63,558 nt of DNA, filler included, from Octopus bimaculoides (GCF_001194135.2; 4 parts of 3 records of this genome joined end to end with filler, not necessarily neighbours in it), one strand, 5' to 3'; shown: positions 35,276 to 48,293, counted from the whole stretch's first letter. A program made the numbers and translations. The notes: generated from the letters alone by a model not told the origin.

Positions 35276-35982
35276 CCTGTCATTAGGAAACCTCTTAATA
35301 AAGACGATCGGATTGTGACAATCCATCTACTATTCAGATATGTAGTATTTAAGACTAATGTTTTCAGAAAGCATAGTGTCATTTAAAGGAGGTTTGACTT
35401 TTATTTCTAGCAACTAGACCGAACGCGAACAGGTTTGACATTTGATCTTTAAACATAAAAGAGATTTTAAAAATTAAACTCCGAGTTTTATTTAAGGTTT
35501 GAGTTTCGTTTCCTAATATGAGCGATTTTACACCGCTGCATAACGAAATACCGCCGAGGAAAAAAAATATAAAGTATGAGATGAATACCACAAAGTCACG
35601 CTTCTCCCTATAACAAAATCCTATACTACGCGTGTTTATTTAAGAAGCTATACTGGAACGAGTTCAAATCTCGAAGGAATATCAATTATGCATGATAACC
35701 TTAGAATTATAACTTTAGCATAACGATATCAGTTAAAACAGTGACTTTAACTTGAGCATAGATCTACTGAAGCAGATCGTGCTAGTTTAATTTTTCTTTC
35801 TTTGCTATTATAGCATTTACGGTCACACGCATATTAATATCACTTAGAAAACAATGTCTCTTGTTTCATTCTGAAAAAATATTTTCCGATGCACTCTTTT
35901 CCCTAATTCACGCGACGCCGCTACCTATGTACATATTTATACATACTTACACACGGACATATTGATATTTGTATATATATCA

Positions 35983-36190
35983 AGGCGGCGAACTGGCAGA
36001 ATCGTTAGCACGCCGAGCGAAATGCTTAGCGGTATTTCGTCTGTCTTTACGTTCTGAGTTCAAATTTTGTCGAGGTCGACTTTGCCTTTCATCCTTTCGA
36101 GGTCGATAAATTATGTACCAGTTGCGTACTGAGGTCGATCTAATCGACTGGCACCTTCCCCACAAAATTTTGCCTAGAGTAGAAAAGAAT
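35983..36190 (+). mobile_element. SINE family B, clean full-length copy
   Basis: A-box-like TGGCAGAATCG, B box GAGTTCAAATT; probable TSD ATATTTGTATAT at 35965-35976 and 36189-36200. Confidence 0.88.
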
Positions 36191-37174
36191 ATTTGTATAT
36201 TCCTCAGTATATGTATGTAAGTACGTATGTATATATATATACGCACGTATGTATGTATGTACCTATCTATCTATCTATCTATCTATCTGTTTGCCTGTCT
36301 GCATGTATATATTTCTCCATTAAAGCTGCAGAAAATATTACAATTACACGCAGTGCGACTTTCCTAGGACCGCCGCATTATGAAGTGTCAGTTATCTCGC
36401 TGGGATTCCAATCTTATAACAATATTTAATAGTTTAAGCTTCATTACACTTCACTTATGCAGACAATCCAATCTTTTGAGAAACACGTGAACGACAAAAA
36501 GATCTCACTTCAAACAAATAACAAAACTGAGGGCGTGGTCCGACCTCTGTAAGTAATCTCCTACTTAAGCTGTGTGGCATTCGCCCTGAAGTAAGCATAA
36601 ACCGGCTACAAACTCTGGCTCTAAAGTGCTTTATATCTAAACCACGTTAGAATCACAGCTTGCCCAGAGGGCTGATATATAAATCCCGTTAAAGCTGCAG
36701 GTTAAAGGGCACTCCTGTTTACTTCAAGGCCGTTTCCAGTCTTTAGCAGAAAAATACGGATTTTTTAATCGACAGATGGCCATGTAGCGAACAGAGTGGG
36801 TGGTATTTCGCATCTAATCACAAATATTCTGTTCTTCTCGTGATCTTCAGACTCAATTCTTAACAGTCGAAATCGAATTAATCCAGTCTTAAGTGTGTGT
36901 CTGCTTATAGGTAGTCATAAGAGCAATGTATATATTGCGTTGTGATAGTCGTTCCGGCCCTCTATTCTCTTATTTCGAATCCCACCGAAAAGGACTTTTT
37001 TCGGGATCGATAAATAATGGATCAGTTATGTACTGGGGCCGATCGATTCTTCTCTTTCTCTCACATTTTTGCACTGTTTCTCTCTTCGTGTTTTTCATAA
37101 AGAAATCGACTATATCCGGACGTGAAGACAGATGGGCTACGCCAAGTTTTAAAATATTGTGCAAGACTCACGTT

Positions 37175-37740
37175 GTCCCGCCTGCGATTTTTTTCTCACG
37201 AGAGTTCCGGACCCCCCAGTAATGAACTCATTTGCATACAGCCAATCAGAGCTCACCTCGACCTTGTTGTCAAGTTTACAAACACACTCTACCAAGTAAA
37301 CTCAAGACGAAGAACGGTGTTGTAAGTCGACCGATCGCCAAGTTATGCCTGATTTTAGGAGACAAGTAATTAGACAGATTTGCATCTATACCTATTATCG
37401 GATTTTGTTAGGGCCCCATATGGTAGAGATGTGGATGGGAAAAATGTTGGTAGAAGGGTGATGTGCTAGGAACCCTCTTCCCTTACTGTTTTAGAAAGTA
37501 AACTACAACACAAATAACTACGCAGAGCCAGCCATGGTTGAAACAAGAACAAGAACAACAAACATTATTAAAAGAGAAAAGCATGGTCATTCTTTATCCA
37601 AGTGACCTTATCTCATCACCCATCACTTGTTATGTGCTCATAAAAATTAGTTTGACAGTTGAACTCTGATTGGTTGTATGCAAATAAGTTCATAATTGGA
37701 GTCCACAACTCTCGTGCGAAAAAAATTGCGCGTCCCGCCT
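37175..37740. mobile_element. Element with ~70-bp inverted repeats and 9-bp flanking direct repeat (MULE-like MITE)
   Basis: IR arms 37184-37254 and 37661-37729; GTCCCGCCT at 37175-37183 and 37732-37740. Confidence 0.6.
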
Positions 37741-38890
37741 ACAACTCCATCAAGGAGCTGACGTTTCATAATAAGGCAAGTCTTGAGTATAATACTTTTT
37801 GCTGAACGAAGTTTCAACATTGTGAAATTAATGAGTGGTGGTCATCTCGTCGTCTAGAATACAATGTCTGAGACATGACGCCTTTGACAAGATGGCAGTT
37901 TAGCACTTTGGGTGAGTAGCTCCCTACCATAAAATATGCAACGCTGCACAATTCATAAGATGTTGTCTTAAGTTCGTTGGGATCTAGAAGGGATCGGTGC
38001 TGGAATTCCACGTCACTAATGCTATTTAGAAAGGTATGAAAGTCACACCACCCTCATTTCTTACTTTTTATAACTAGCGAGAGAAAAATGGTATGCTTCG
38101 TATGCGCTGGTTATGAGTTAAAAGTAAGCGGGTAAGAATAAGTTTATTATATAATTCATGATGGTATATTAACATAAGGATATTTTACATGAGATTTAGT
38201 TTTATTATTAAACAATAAATTCATTTTTAAATGTTTAAAGAACATATCACTGAAGACTCGCAGAGTTGCTACACTTTTCAATACAGAAAATTAAAGCATA
38301 ATTTGCTATATAACGTATCATTCAGACATATAATATATCTGACAAATAGATTTATAATATATATCATGGCATAAACTTTTCGGCCCACGTTTTATTCTAT
38401 AATTTACTTACCGAAGCCTATCGTCTACAAAATTCTCACAATATTATGTTTCCAAAAATAATTCTTGCGTTTATCGAAGAAAATGTAGTTAAAAGTTCAT
38501 ATTACAGAATCAATGTTTCGTATTTCATTGAAGTGATAAGATGAAATACAATATCGATTAAATAATCAGTTATTGTTATTGGATAACCCAAAGGCAATTC
38601 TAATCTAGCTGATCTGTGATTAAAGACGCTCCAACCGTGACTCTCCTGACTTTTTCTTGTTATTTTGATATCCTAAGTTTCGTTCTCAAACGTATCCCTC
38701 TTTTTTAGGACGTCAAGTTATGATTTGAGGGATATTTTGTTACTTCAAGTTACTGCGTTGAGGATTTTTTGTTAACACAATAAAGAGAAAGAAAGATCTA
38801 CAACATTGAGGTGTATTTCATTGATTATATATATAGGGTACCTCAAAAAGTAATTAATTCCTGACTAATCTAAGTATATAGCAAGACTAC

Positions 38891-39100
38891 ATAACCACTG
38901 ACATTCTAAATAGAGGCAACACAAGACCATTTAGCGAAACCATCACAAAACGCAGATTAGAACCAGCAGGTCGCATACTCTGGTTACCAGAACAACGCCA
39001 TTCTAAAACAACTTTCAAATGATCACCGCAGGAGAGGAAAAGAAATACAGGAAGAACGAAAACTACATGGCTCAGAACATTCATAATCGACATGAAAAAG
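38891..39100 (+). mobile_element. Decayed RTE-type LINE ORF2 C-terminal fragment
   Basis: Translates ITTDILNRGNTRPFSETITKRRLEPAGRILWLPEQRHSKTTFK*SPQERKRNTGRTKTTWLRTFIIDMK, matching the RRL.(W/F)AGH..R...W.P..KR..GRPK.TW pattern; TGA at 39020-39022 where Trp is expected. Confidence 0.75.
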
Positions 39101-39132
39101 ACTATTATCACATGGACTCTTTCTTATGTCGC

Positions 39133-39171
<39 letters not shown>

Positions 39172-39465
39172 TATATTATGCCAGTATGTGCGTGTACACA
39201 CTCATACACTCACGTGCATATACTTTCAATTACAGGCATATTAATGATGCTACTTTAATTGATAATACAGATGAAAAAGCGAGGAATGTATTTTATAAAA
39301 TACAAACAACTCCTGAGAACAGTTTACAAAAGTACAAATATCAATTATATTCAACACAATACAGGTTGTGGTAACCCTTTACTTCTAATATGGCTGCATG
39401 CTCTCAGGCGATAATCCCTGGTTATCTTCTCTGTCCAACCTGGAATATCTTCGCATAGAAGTCGG

Positions 39466-39565
39466 NNNNNNNNNNNNNNNNNNNNNNNNNNNNNNNNNNN
39501 NNNNNNNNNTTAATTAATTAANNNNNNNNNNNNNNNNNNNNNNNNNNNNNNNNNNNNNNNNNNNN
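39466..39565. other. Artificial scaffold-joining spacer
   Basis: 44 N + TTAATTAATTAA (39510-39521) + 44 N. Confidence 0.95.
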
Positions 39566-39849
39566 TATACAAATATAGATACCAATAAGCCTACACGAAT
39601 ACATACATTTATATATAAACATATACAAACATACATAATCACATACGCATTTGCACACGTAGACACATACAAAGAAACAACTGGAACATTCGACGTCGTT
39701 AACGACGAAGTGCCTCACAGTTTAAAATTCATTGGGATGGTCACGGCTAGAATAATTTTGATCATATCGCTTTATAAAAGTTATATGGAACCTAAATACA
39801 AGTAAAATTCATACAGGATTATATATGCATGTGTATGTTTGTGTGTGTT

Positions 39850-39992
39850 CCAGTTGTTCCGACGAAGAGAACAACCTGCTCGTGAAATTAACGTGCAAGC
39901 ACTCCATAGACATGCATACTCTTAATGTTGTTCTCGGGGAGATTCAGTGTGACGCAAAGTGTGACAAAGCTAACTCTTTCAAATACAGGTAC
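39850..39992 (-). mobile_element. SINE family A, 3' fragment
   Basis: CCTGCTCGTGAAATTAACGTGCAAG...GTGACAAAGC block shared with family A. Confidence 0.7.
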
Positions 39993-40162
39993 TAATCATT
40001 TTTGTTAGGTGAATTTGTTGGAGCAGTGTGGAATAAAGTGTGTTGCTCAAGGAAACCATGCGCCGTCGGGTATCGAACTCACGACCTTACGATCGTGAGC
40101 CGAAAACCTTAGCTACTTATCTACACACCTTCACAAATTTTTATAGATACAGTGCATACATA

Positions 40163-40383
40163 AGCGCAGGAGTGGCTGTGTGGTAAGTAATTTGCTTACC
40201 AACCACATGGTCTCGGGTTCAGTCCCACTGCGTGGCACCTTGGACAAGTGTCTTCTACTACAGCCTCGGGCCGACCAAAGCCTTGTGAGTGGATTTGGTA
40301 GACGGAAACTGAAAGAAGCCCGTCGTATATATGTATATATATGTATGTGTGTGTATAAGTTTGTGTGTCTGTGTTTGTCCCCC
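40163..40383 (+). mobile_element. SINE family C 5' half ending at a gap
   Basis: Near-exact reverse complement of 4727-4907. Confidence 0.88.
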
Positions 40384-41163
40384 NNNNNNNNNNNNNNNNN
40401 NNNNNNNNNNNNNNNNNNNNNNNNNNNNNNNNNNNNNNNNNNNNNNNNNNNNNNNNNNNNNNNNNNNNNNNNNNNNNNNNNNNNNNNNNNNNNNNNNNNN
40501 NNNNNNNNNNNNNNNNNNNNNNNNNNNNNNNNNNNNNNNNNNNNNNNNNNNNNNNNNNNNNNNNNNNNNNNNNNNNNNNNNNNNNNNNNNNNNNNNNNNN
40601 NNNNNNNNNNNNNNNNNNNNNNNNNNNNNNNNNNNNNNNNNNNNNNNNNNNNNNNNNNNNNNNNNNNNNNNNNNNNNNNNNNNNNNNNNNNNNNNNNNNN
40701 NNNNNNNNNNNNNNNNNNNNNNNNNNNNNNNNNNNNNNNNNNNNNNNNNNNNNNNNNNNNNNNNNNNNNNNNNNNNNNNNNNNNNNNNNNNNNNNNNNNN
40801 NNNNNNNNNNNNNNNNNNNNNNNNNNNNNNNNNNNNNNNNNNNNNNNNNNNNNNNNNNNNNNNNNNNNNNNNNNNNNNNNNNNNNNNNNNNNNNNNNNNN
40901 NNNNNNNNNNNNNNNNNNNNNNNNNNNNNNNNNNNNNNNNNNNNNNNNNNNNNNNNNNNNNNNNNNNNNNNNNNNNNNNNNNNNNNNNNNNNNNNNNNNN
41001 NNNNNNNNNNNNNNNNNNNNNNNNNNNNNNNNNNNNNNNNNNNNNNNNNNNNNNNNNNNNNNNNNNNNNNNNNNNNNNNNNNNNNNNNNNNNNNNNNNNN
41101 NNNNNNNNNNNNNNNNNNNNNNNNNNNNNNNNNNNNNNNNNNNNNNNNNNNNNNNNNNNNNNN

Positions 41164-41230
<67 letters not shown>

Positions 41231-41761
41231 ATAATAATAATAATGATAATGCTTGGCTAGTGTGACAATATTACTTCAGAGGTGGAGTGATATGTTGATG
41301 AAGATGATAATGATGGTGGTGGTGGTGGTGGTGGTGACTTGGATGAAGGCTGATGATGAGGATAATCGTGGTCGCATCATCAGTGACATTAGCAGTTCAT
41401 AAGGAGATGAGATGATAAAATTCTGCGGGTTAGGTGGATTACTTAATCTAACAACTGTTTGGCGGTGAGGATCAAAAGAAACGCAAAGGAAAGCCAAAGA
41501 GCCCTGGGGATGGAGAAAGGGTAGCTGATCAAGTAGAAAGAAATGGATGAAGGATAAATCCAATGTGAAGAAGAGGAACCCGAGAGAAGAAATCTGAGAG
41601 GAAAGAGGTGAGATAAATAGATACGTAGATAGCTCAATTAGTAGAAAAGATAGATTATCAGATAAAGAGATAGGTAAGCGATAGGCAGTCACAGTGTGTG
41701 TGAGATATGTATATATGTATGTATATATGTATGTATATATGTATTTATGCATGTATGTATG

Positions 41762-41793
<32 letters not shown>

Positions 41794-41844
41794 CATGTAT
41801 AAACAGACAGGCAAATAGACAAGGGCGGATATGTGTGTGTGTGT

Positions 41845-41876
<32 letters not shown>

Positions 41877-43839
41877 ATTACTTAAATACACATATAGATC
41901 TATATCTATATATATATATATGCACATAGAGTGTGCATGTATGTGCATGAGAGAGGGAGAGAGAAAGAGAGGGTGGGAAAAGAGATACAGAAAGATGTTG
42001 GACACTGAAATGATAAATGAAAAATGGAATGATACACACAGACACACATGTATAAACACATCCATACACACATACATATACATGTATATACATACGTTAC
42101 GTACACACACACATNNNNNNNNNNNNNNNNNNNNNNNNNNNNNNNNNNNNNNNNNNNNNNNNNNNNNNNNNNNNNNNNNNNNNTATATATATATATATAT
42201 ATGTATATATATACTAAAATAATTAGATGTAACATCATAAACTTATGAGAGGTTATTCGAGCCTTGTTTATTGATAGTTGAGCACAGTTTAAGATTAAAA
42301 AAAAATAGCAACGAACTCACTGACGTTAATCGAATTACGCATCTCACGGTTACCAAGAAAACGTTCCACCTTCATATCTCATGGCAAATTATCGGTTTTC
42401 CTAATAGTAGTTGAGTACACAAGCTCTGTTCAATGCATTATTGATACGTTATTTGCGTGTTACTCTTAACAGCATGTCGGAATAAAAATAGCAAAAATAG
42501 AAGACGTAGAAATAATAGTTGTTATTTTTCAACTTCATTATCAAAACCTGATTGACCAGCGCTATTATCATAATTATTTCAACTGTAACCGTCCCGTGAC
42601 TTAAAAGTGAGCCCTATTTTGAAAAAGGCAGGGTCTCATTTGAGTATATGTTGGTTGCTGTCTCTAGTACACCGAGTGACAACTTATAGGCTTCATCGCT
42701 GACTCATTAACCAATTGTGAGTCCTTCGAGTAATTATTGTCTCTACTTTTGGCACAAGTGCAGTAAATTTCGGAGGAGGGTTTCAGATGAATAACCCTTT
42801 GAATCCGCCAGGCCGGTTTTCCGGCCTGAGCGTATCGTGTATATATATNNNNNNNNNNNNNNNNNNNNNNNNNNNNNNNNNNNNNNNNNNNNNNNNNNNN
42901 NNNNNNNNNNNNNNNNNNNNNNNNNNNNNNNNNNNNNNNNNNNNNNNNNNNNNNNNNNNNNNNNNNNNNNNNNNNNNNNNNNNNNNNNNNNNNNNNNNNN
43001 NNNNNNNNNNNNNNNNNNNNNNNNNNNNNNNNNNNNNNNNNNNNNNNNNNNNNNNNNNNNNNNNNNNNNNNNNNNNNNNNNNNNNNNNNNNNNNNNNNNN
43101 NNNNNNNNNNNNNNNNNNNNNNNNNNNNNNNNNNNNNNNNNNNNNNNNNNNNNNNNNNNNNNNNNNNNNNNNNNNNNNNNNNNNNNNNNNNNNNNNNNNN
43201 NNNNNNNNNNNNNNNNNNNNNNNNNNNNNNNNNNNNNNNNNNNNNNNNNNNNNNNNNNNNNNNNNNNNNNNNNNNNNNNNNNNNNNNNNNNNNNNNNNNN
43301 NNNNNNNNNNNNNNNNNNNNNNNNNNNNNNNNNNNNNNNNNNNNNNNNNNNNNNNNNNNNNNNNNNNNNNNNNNNNNNNNNNNNNNNNNNNNNNNNNNNN
43401 NNNNNNNNNNNNNNNNNNNNNNNNNNNNNNNNNNNNNNNNNNNNNNNNNNNNNNNNNNNNNNNNNNNNNNNNNNNNNNNNNNNNNNNNNNNNNNNNNNNN
43501 NNNNNNNNNNNNNNNNNNNNNNNNNNNNNNNNNNNNNNNNNNNNNNNNNNNNNNNNNNNNNNNNNNNNNNNNNNNNNCAAATAAAGAATACATTTTAAAG
43601 TATTATAAAATCTTCTAATAGTAGAAAAAATAAAAGAAAAGGAAAATAGAATATGGAGGAAAAAAAAGAGAAGAACTAAATTGAAATTCACAAATTTCAT
43701 TTATCAGAACTAAAGTTTACCTTTGGTCAATTTGACAGGGGTGAGATTTCATATTAAACTGTGTGTGCGCACTTAAGTTTTGCAGCCAGCGTACAAAATA
43801 AAGTAATGTATATAATGTAATTAATTTGCTCGCAGATAA

Positions 43840-44630
43840 TTCTTTCTACTATAGGCACAAAACTTGAAATTCTGTGGAAGGAGGCTAGCCGATTTCATCT
43901 ACCCCAGTACTTGACTGGTGTTATTTCATCGACCCGAGAGGATAAACTGCAGCGTGATCCTTAGTAGAATTGAATTTGCTCACAAATAATATATCGAAAA
44001 TAATGTTGTGGTCAATGATCTATAATACATTGAAAGTCAGTTTAAATCTTGCTTGCATGCTTGCAATGTTACCCAGCCAAACTGGAGTATAATGGGAAAA
44101 TACTATGAATTAACTTTATCCTGAAATGTTAATACGAAAGGAATGAAACAAGTTTCGGGTAAATCGGAGCAGTAGTTATTGAGATATTTGGGGTTTGGAG
44201 GTATAAATACCCAAAACGGTGCATGATGGGAAAATGTTCCGAATTTAACTTCATCTTGAAAGGGAAGAAACACTAACCTTTCGATGTTACATTCGTTGAA
44301 AGCATGCGAAATAACCTGGAAAAGAAAGAAAAACACACGAAACAAAACTCCGTTGCTGGGAAACACAGAGTTTCCCGGTAACCCAACAGGCCACGGGTAG
44401 TCTAGTTATACATAATTATAAGGTGGCGAGTTGGCAGAATCGTTAACATGTAGGGTAAAATACTTAGTGGTATTTCGTCCATTTTTACATTCTGAGTTCG
44501 AATTCCGGCAAGGTCGATTTTACCTTTAATCCTTTAGGAGGTCGATAAAAAGACGTACCAGTTGAATACTGGAGTCGATGCAATCGACTTACCTCTGAAA
44601 TTGCTGGCCTTGTGCCAAAATTTGTAACTA
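43840..44630. mobile_element. SINE family B copies (43840-43975 minus, 44420-44630 plus) flanking another repeat
   Basis: Family B tail and core motifs. Confidence 0.7.
44110..44405 (+). mobile_element. Possible non-autonomous Helitron/Helentron
   Basis: AAGTTTC..AAATCGGAGCAGTAGTTATTGAGAT block; ends with a weak GC hairpin, then CTAG (44402-44405) followed by T. Confidence 0.35.
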
Positions 44631-44934
44631 ATAATTATACGTTATATATTCCGTGTGTACTTACTTTTGTCACAGAAAGATGTTCTTGTGTTGACTGACT
44701 AGCAAAAATTAGATGGAACAATGTCTACTTTGGAAACTTTTAGTTGTTCGTAACGATATTCAATGAGATCCTTGTTTACTAGAGATGTATTTTGTTCTTG
44801 ACGATAAACCCGATTTCATCCTTAAACCGGCAGATTGAACGACAAGAACAACAATAACAGCAACAAAAACTACAGCCACTAACACTATTTCTTACGTACA
44901 TGCATCGTATTACTAAGTCGAGCTGATGTGTGAT

Positions 44935-45130
44935 CTCTACGTGGTCGCTCAGTCTGCTAGATATAGCAGCCAAAATTCAAATCATAATCTATTAACTGAA
45001 AAGACGGAAAGACACAGAAATGGGAGAACGTAGTTCTAGACTCTTGTATACAAAATCAGATAGGATGGTCATGGCTGGAATACTTTTGATCATAGGTCTG
45101 CCCTATGAGAGGGTGTAAACAACGACAAGT
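44935..45130 (+). repeat. Old interspersed repeat (family E)
   Basis: CTGCTAGA(A/T)ATAGCAGCCAAA motif also near 8007, 59285, 59720-59750, 59940 and 60715. Confidence 0.55.
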
Positions 45131-45899
45131 GTAGCAGCTATTTCTGCTGATTATATTTATTCTCTCTTGTTTCGACAGTTTATTTCTGTTATTGTAAATT
45201 GGTTTTACAGTTTGTTCAGGCATGGCGAAATGGTTAATTATTTAGAATGAGAAGGACACAGAAGAGGAGATGGGGAGATGGAGGTGGGGAGAAGGAGAAG
45301 AAAGAAGAGAAGGGAATGCGGTCCCCATAACTTTTTGAAGACTCTCCCAGATCAGTGAAATCGATGCGGTTGATGTTCAACTTTTGTAGATTGATGCTCG
45401 TAGGGAAAACTATATTTTTAGCGATAGTGCACTATCAACTTGTGATAATTATAATCAATAATTATAATTATTAGGAATATAATTATAATTAATATAATTT
45501 GATTATGGATTTTTCCTCTGTTTCTACAGAGCCGCAGCAGAATAAACTAAATAAAATCAAATAAAAAGAGAAAAAGATTTCTTATTAAAGCTCAGTTTAT
45601 ACACACACAGCATCTGAATTGAATAGGCTAAAGATATTGGCACAACTTATTCGCTTCAAATAACAGTTAAATTTGTATCAAATCACACTGCATTGTCTTA
45701 GAAAAGAAGTACACTTTTGATAATGTGGTCTTTAGTGCACTGTGTCAGACGGCATGGTGAAGACAGAGTCATCTTTGACCAAAGATCTACTCAATTAAGG
45801 CTGGTGTAAGACTAAATAACTACTTCTGAAGTAAGCTAAGTGCAAATGCAAGCCACGAAATGTAATAGTTATTCAAAATCTGTCTGCACAAAAAAGTTT

Positions 45900-46652
45900 C
45901 AATTTTTAGCACAAGGCCAGCAGTTTCAGGGGAGGGCTTAATTCGATTACATCCACCCCAGTACTCAACCGGTACTTATATTATCGTCCCCGAAAGGATC
46001 AACGGCAAAGTTCATCTTGTGCAGAACATGAAGATGAACGAAATGCCGCTAAGCATTTTGCCCGGCGCGCTAACGGTTCTGCCAGCTCGCCGCCTTGGAA
46101 TCACTAAGCTTTAGTTTCAAATTTTGACACAAGGTCAGCAATTTCGGGATGGAGGTAAGCCGATTACATCGATCCTAGTACTTAACTTTTATTTATTCCT
46201 CGACCCTAAAAATATGACGGAATTTGAACTCGGAACGTAAAGACAGACAGAATACCACTAATCATTTTGCCTGGCGCGCTAATGATTCTGCCAGCTCGCC
46301 GCCTTAAGTATCACTATATTTTTTTCTACTCTAGGCAAAAGGCTCGAAATTTTTGGGGATGGGGCCAGTCGATTAGATCGACCCAAGTACGCAACTAGTG
46401 CTTAATTTGTCGACTCCTAAAGGATGTCCCCTCTGTGTGTAGCCCCTTTACGAGGGGCTACACACAGAAGGGACAAACGGATTAAATCGATTATATAGAC
46501 CCTAGTGCGTAAGTGGTACTTATTTAATCGACCCCGAAATGATGAAAGGCAAAATCGGCCTAGGCGGAATTTGAACTCAGAACATAGCGGCAGACGAAAT
46601 ACCGCTAAGCATTTCGCCCGGCGTGCTACCGTTTCTGCCAGCTCGCCGCCTT
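45900..46652 (-). mobile_element. Cluster of four same-strand SINE family B/B2 copies
   Basis: Heads (CTGCCAGCTCGCCGCCTT on plus strand) end near 46096, 46305 and 46652; a further truncated copy at 46320-46424. Confidence 0.85.
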
Positions 46653-48015
46653 AAATATCATTATATATTAGAAGACATTTTGTCCATCATTTTATCGATT
46701 CTGCTATCGATTGCCTTGAAATTAGTGTATAATTGGTTGTTGCTTTAATAGTTTGCAGTGGTGAGTGCAAATTAAGTTATAATCTCTTGCAAAGAGAAAG
46801 TACTTCGCTCTTAAATTTCTTTTCCATTTTGCTTTGTATTAGCCAAAAGAGAAAAAGGATAGCACTCATTATCTTTTTCTGGGCCACCAAATGACGCTGG
46901 ATTAAAGAAAAGGTTAGCTATGGAGCGGATACCTGTCCTGAATGTATATTTCACAACGATGTAAGTACACTCTGCTAAAGGCGCACAAGGATCAACTAAT
47001 AGCGTTAAACCGTATAACGGATGAAATTTAAATACTTAGACGATTAAGTCGTGATATTGTCCATTCTCATTTCGTTATACAATCTTGTGAGGAGAAGAAG
47101 AAGAAAAAGAAGTGTTAATCTGGAAGTTAATCAATGAAAATAATAGGAATATTTAATGAAACGTAAAATTTCGATGACTTGATGTCATATTTTAGAAATG
47201 ATAAAGGAGCATAAAATGGTCGTCATTCCACAATCAGTTCAATGCTTATGGAAGACAAAACATTACCATCAGAGCTCTTATATCATTAAATATATGTATA
47301 TATATGTATATATATTCCATAAGTCCAATTTACGTCCGTTTAAGCAAATCAGAAAACACACTCAATTATCCTTATTCTTAGATAATCGTTCTATCGAACT
47401 ATAATTTATGGAAAGCCAATATTTCTGGTATTTGTGATTAAATGGGAAATGTTCTTTGATTATTTACTCATATGTAATATTAATTCGAGGTTTTGTTTAT
47501 TTACTTATGGTGCTGATGGACTGGCAGAATCGTTACAGCATCGTAATTTTTTCCAATTCTTTGTATTCTAAGTTCAAATTCTACCAAGAACAATTTCACC
47601 TTTCATCTTACCAGGAACAATAAAATAAAATAGCAATCAAGCATCGGAACTAATTAAAAAAAAAAAACTTCCGATCTATAGAAGCATACAATGGGGTAGC
47701 ATAGCAAAGACCAAATATCCTCCGTACTGTAGAGATCTAACAACAGAGCAAAGTAACGTACATGTGAGTGAGTGCCTCCACTTATATATTTTTTATCGGT
47801 AAGATTCTATGCATACATACATACATACATACGTACGCACACACAAACACACATGCACACACACACACACACGGATGGGTGGACAAGCGAAAGAAAAAGG
47901 CACTAAACACATTTAGTAGGAGTTACATGTATTATCATTTAAGCCAATTTGATTCGGCTGTATGCAACATGGCGGGTTTCATTCAGGCCAAAGTTACCAA
48001 ACGGAGAAACAGAGT

Positions 48016-48094
48016 AAGTCCAAGATGGCTACTGGACCTCCAAGATGGCTACTGGAAGTCCAAGATGGCTACTGGAAGTCAAAGATTCCAGTAG
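48016..48094. repeat. 20-bp tandem repeat x3 plus terminal hairpin
   Basis: CAAGATGGCTACTGGAAGTC at 48021, 48041 and 48061; stem CTACTGGAA/TTCCAGTAG (48069-48094). Confidence 0.9.
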
Positions 48095-48180
48095 TGATCT
48101 TGAACTTCCTGTATTCCACCATTCGATAACCTAAGCCTGAATAAGACGGATTTCTGTTAAATTCCTGCGAAACTTTAAGT

Positions 48181-48260
48181 ATATATATATATATATCTAT
48201 ATCTATATCTATATCTATATCTCTATCTCTATATCTATATCTATATCTATATCTATATCT

Positions 48261-48291
<31 letters not shown>

Positions 48292-48293
48292 TA
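48181..48293. repeat. (ATATCT)n hexanucleotide within (TA)n
   Basis: Direct reading. Confidence 0.95.

Noticed and set aside
45500-45575. Acceptor TTTCTACAG followed by stops and AATAAA (terminal exon?)
   Set aside because: Only a few codons in any frame and no linked upstream exon; such signals are common in AT-rich DNA.
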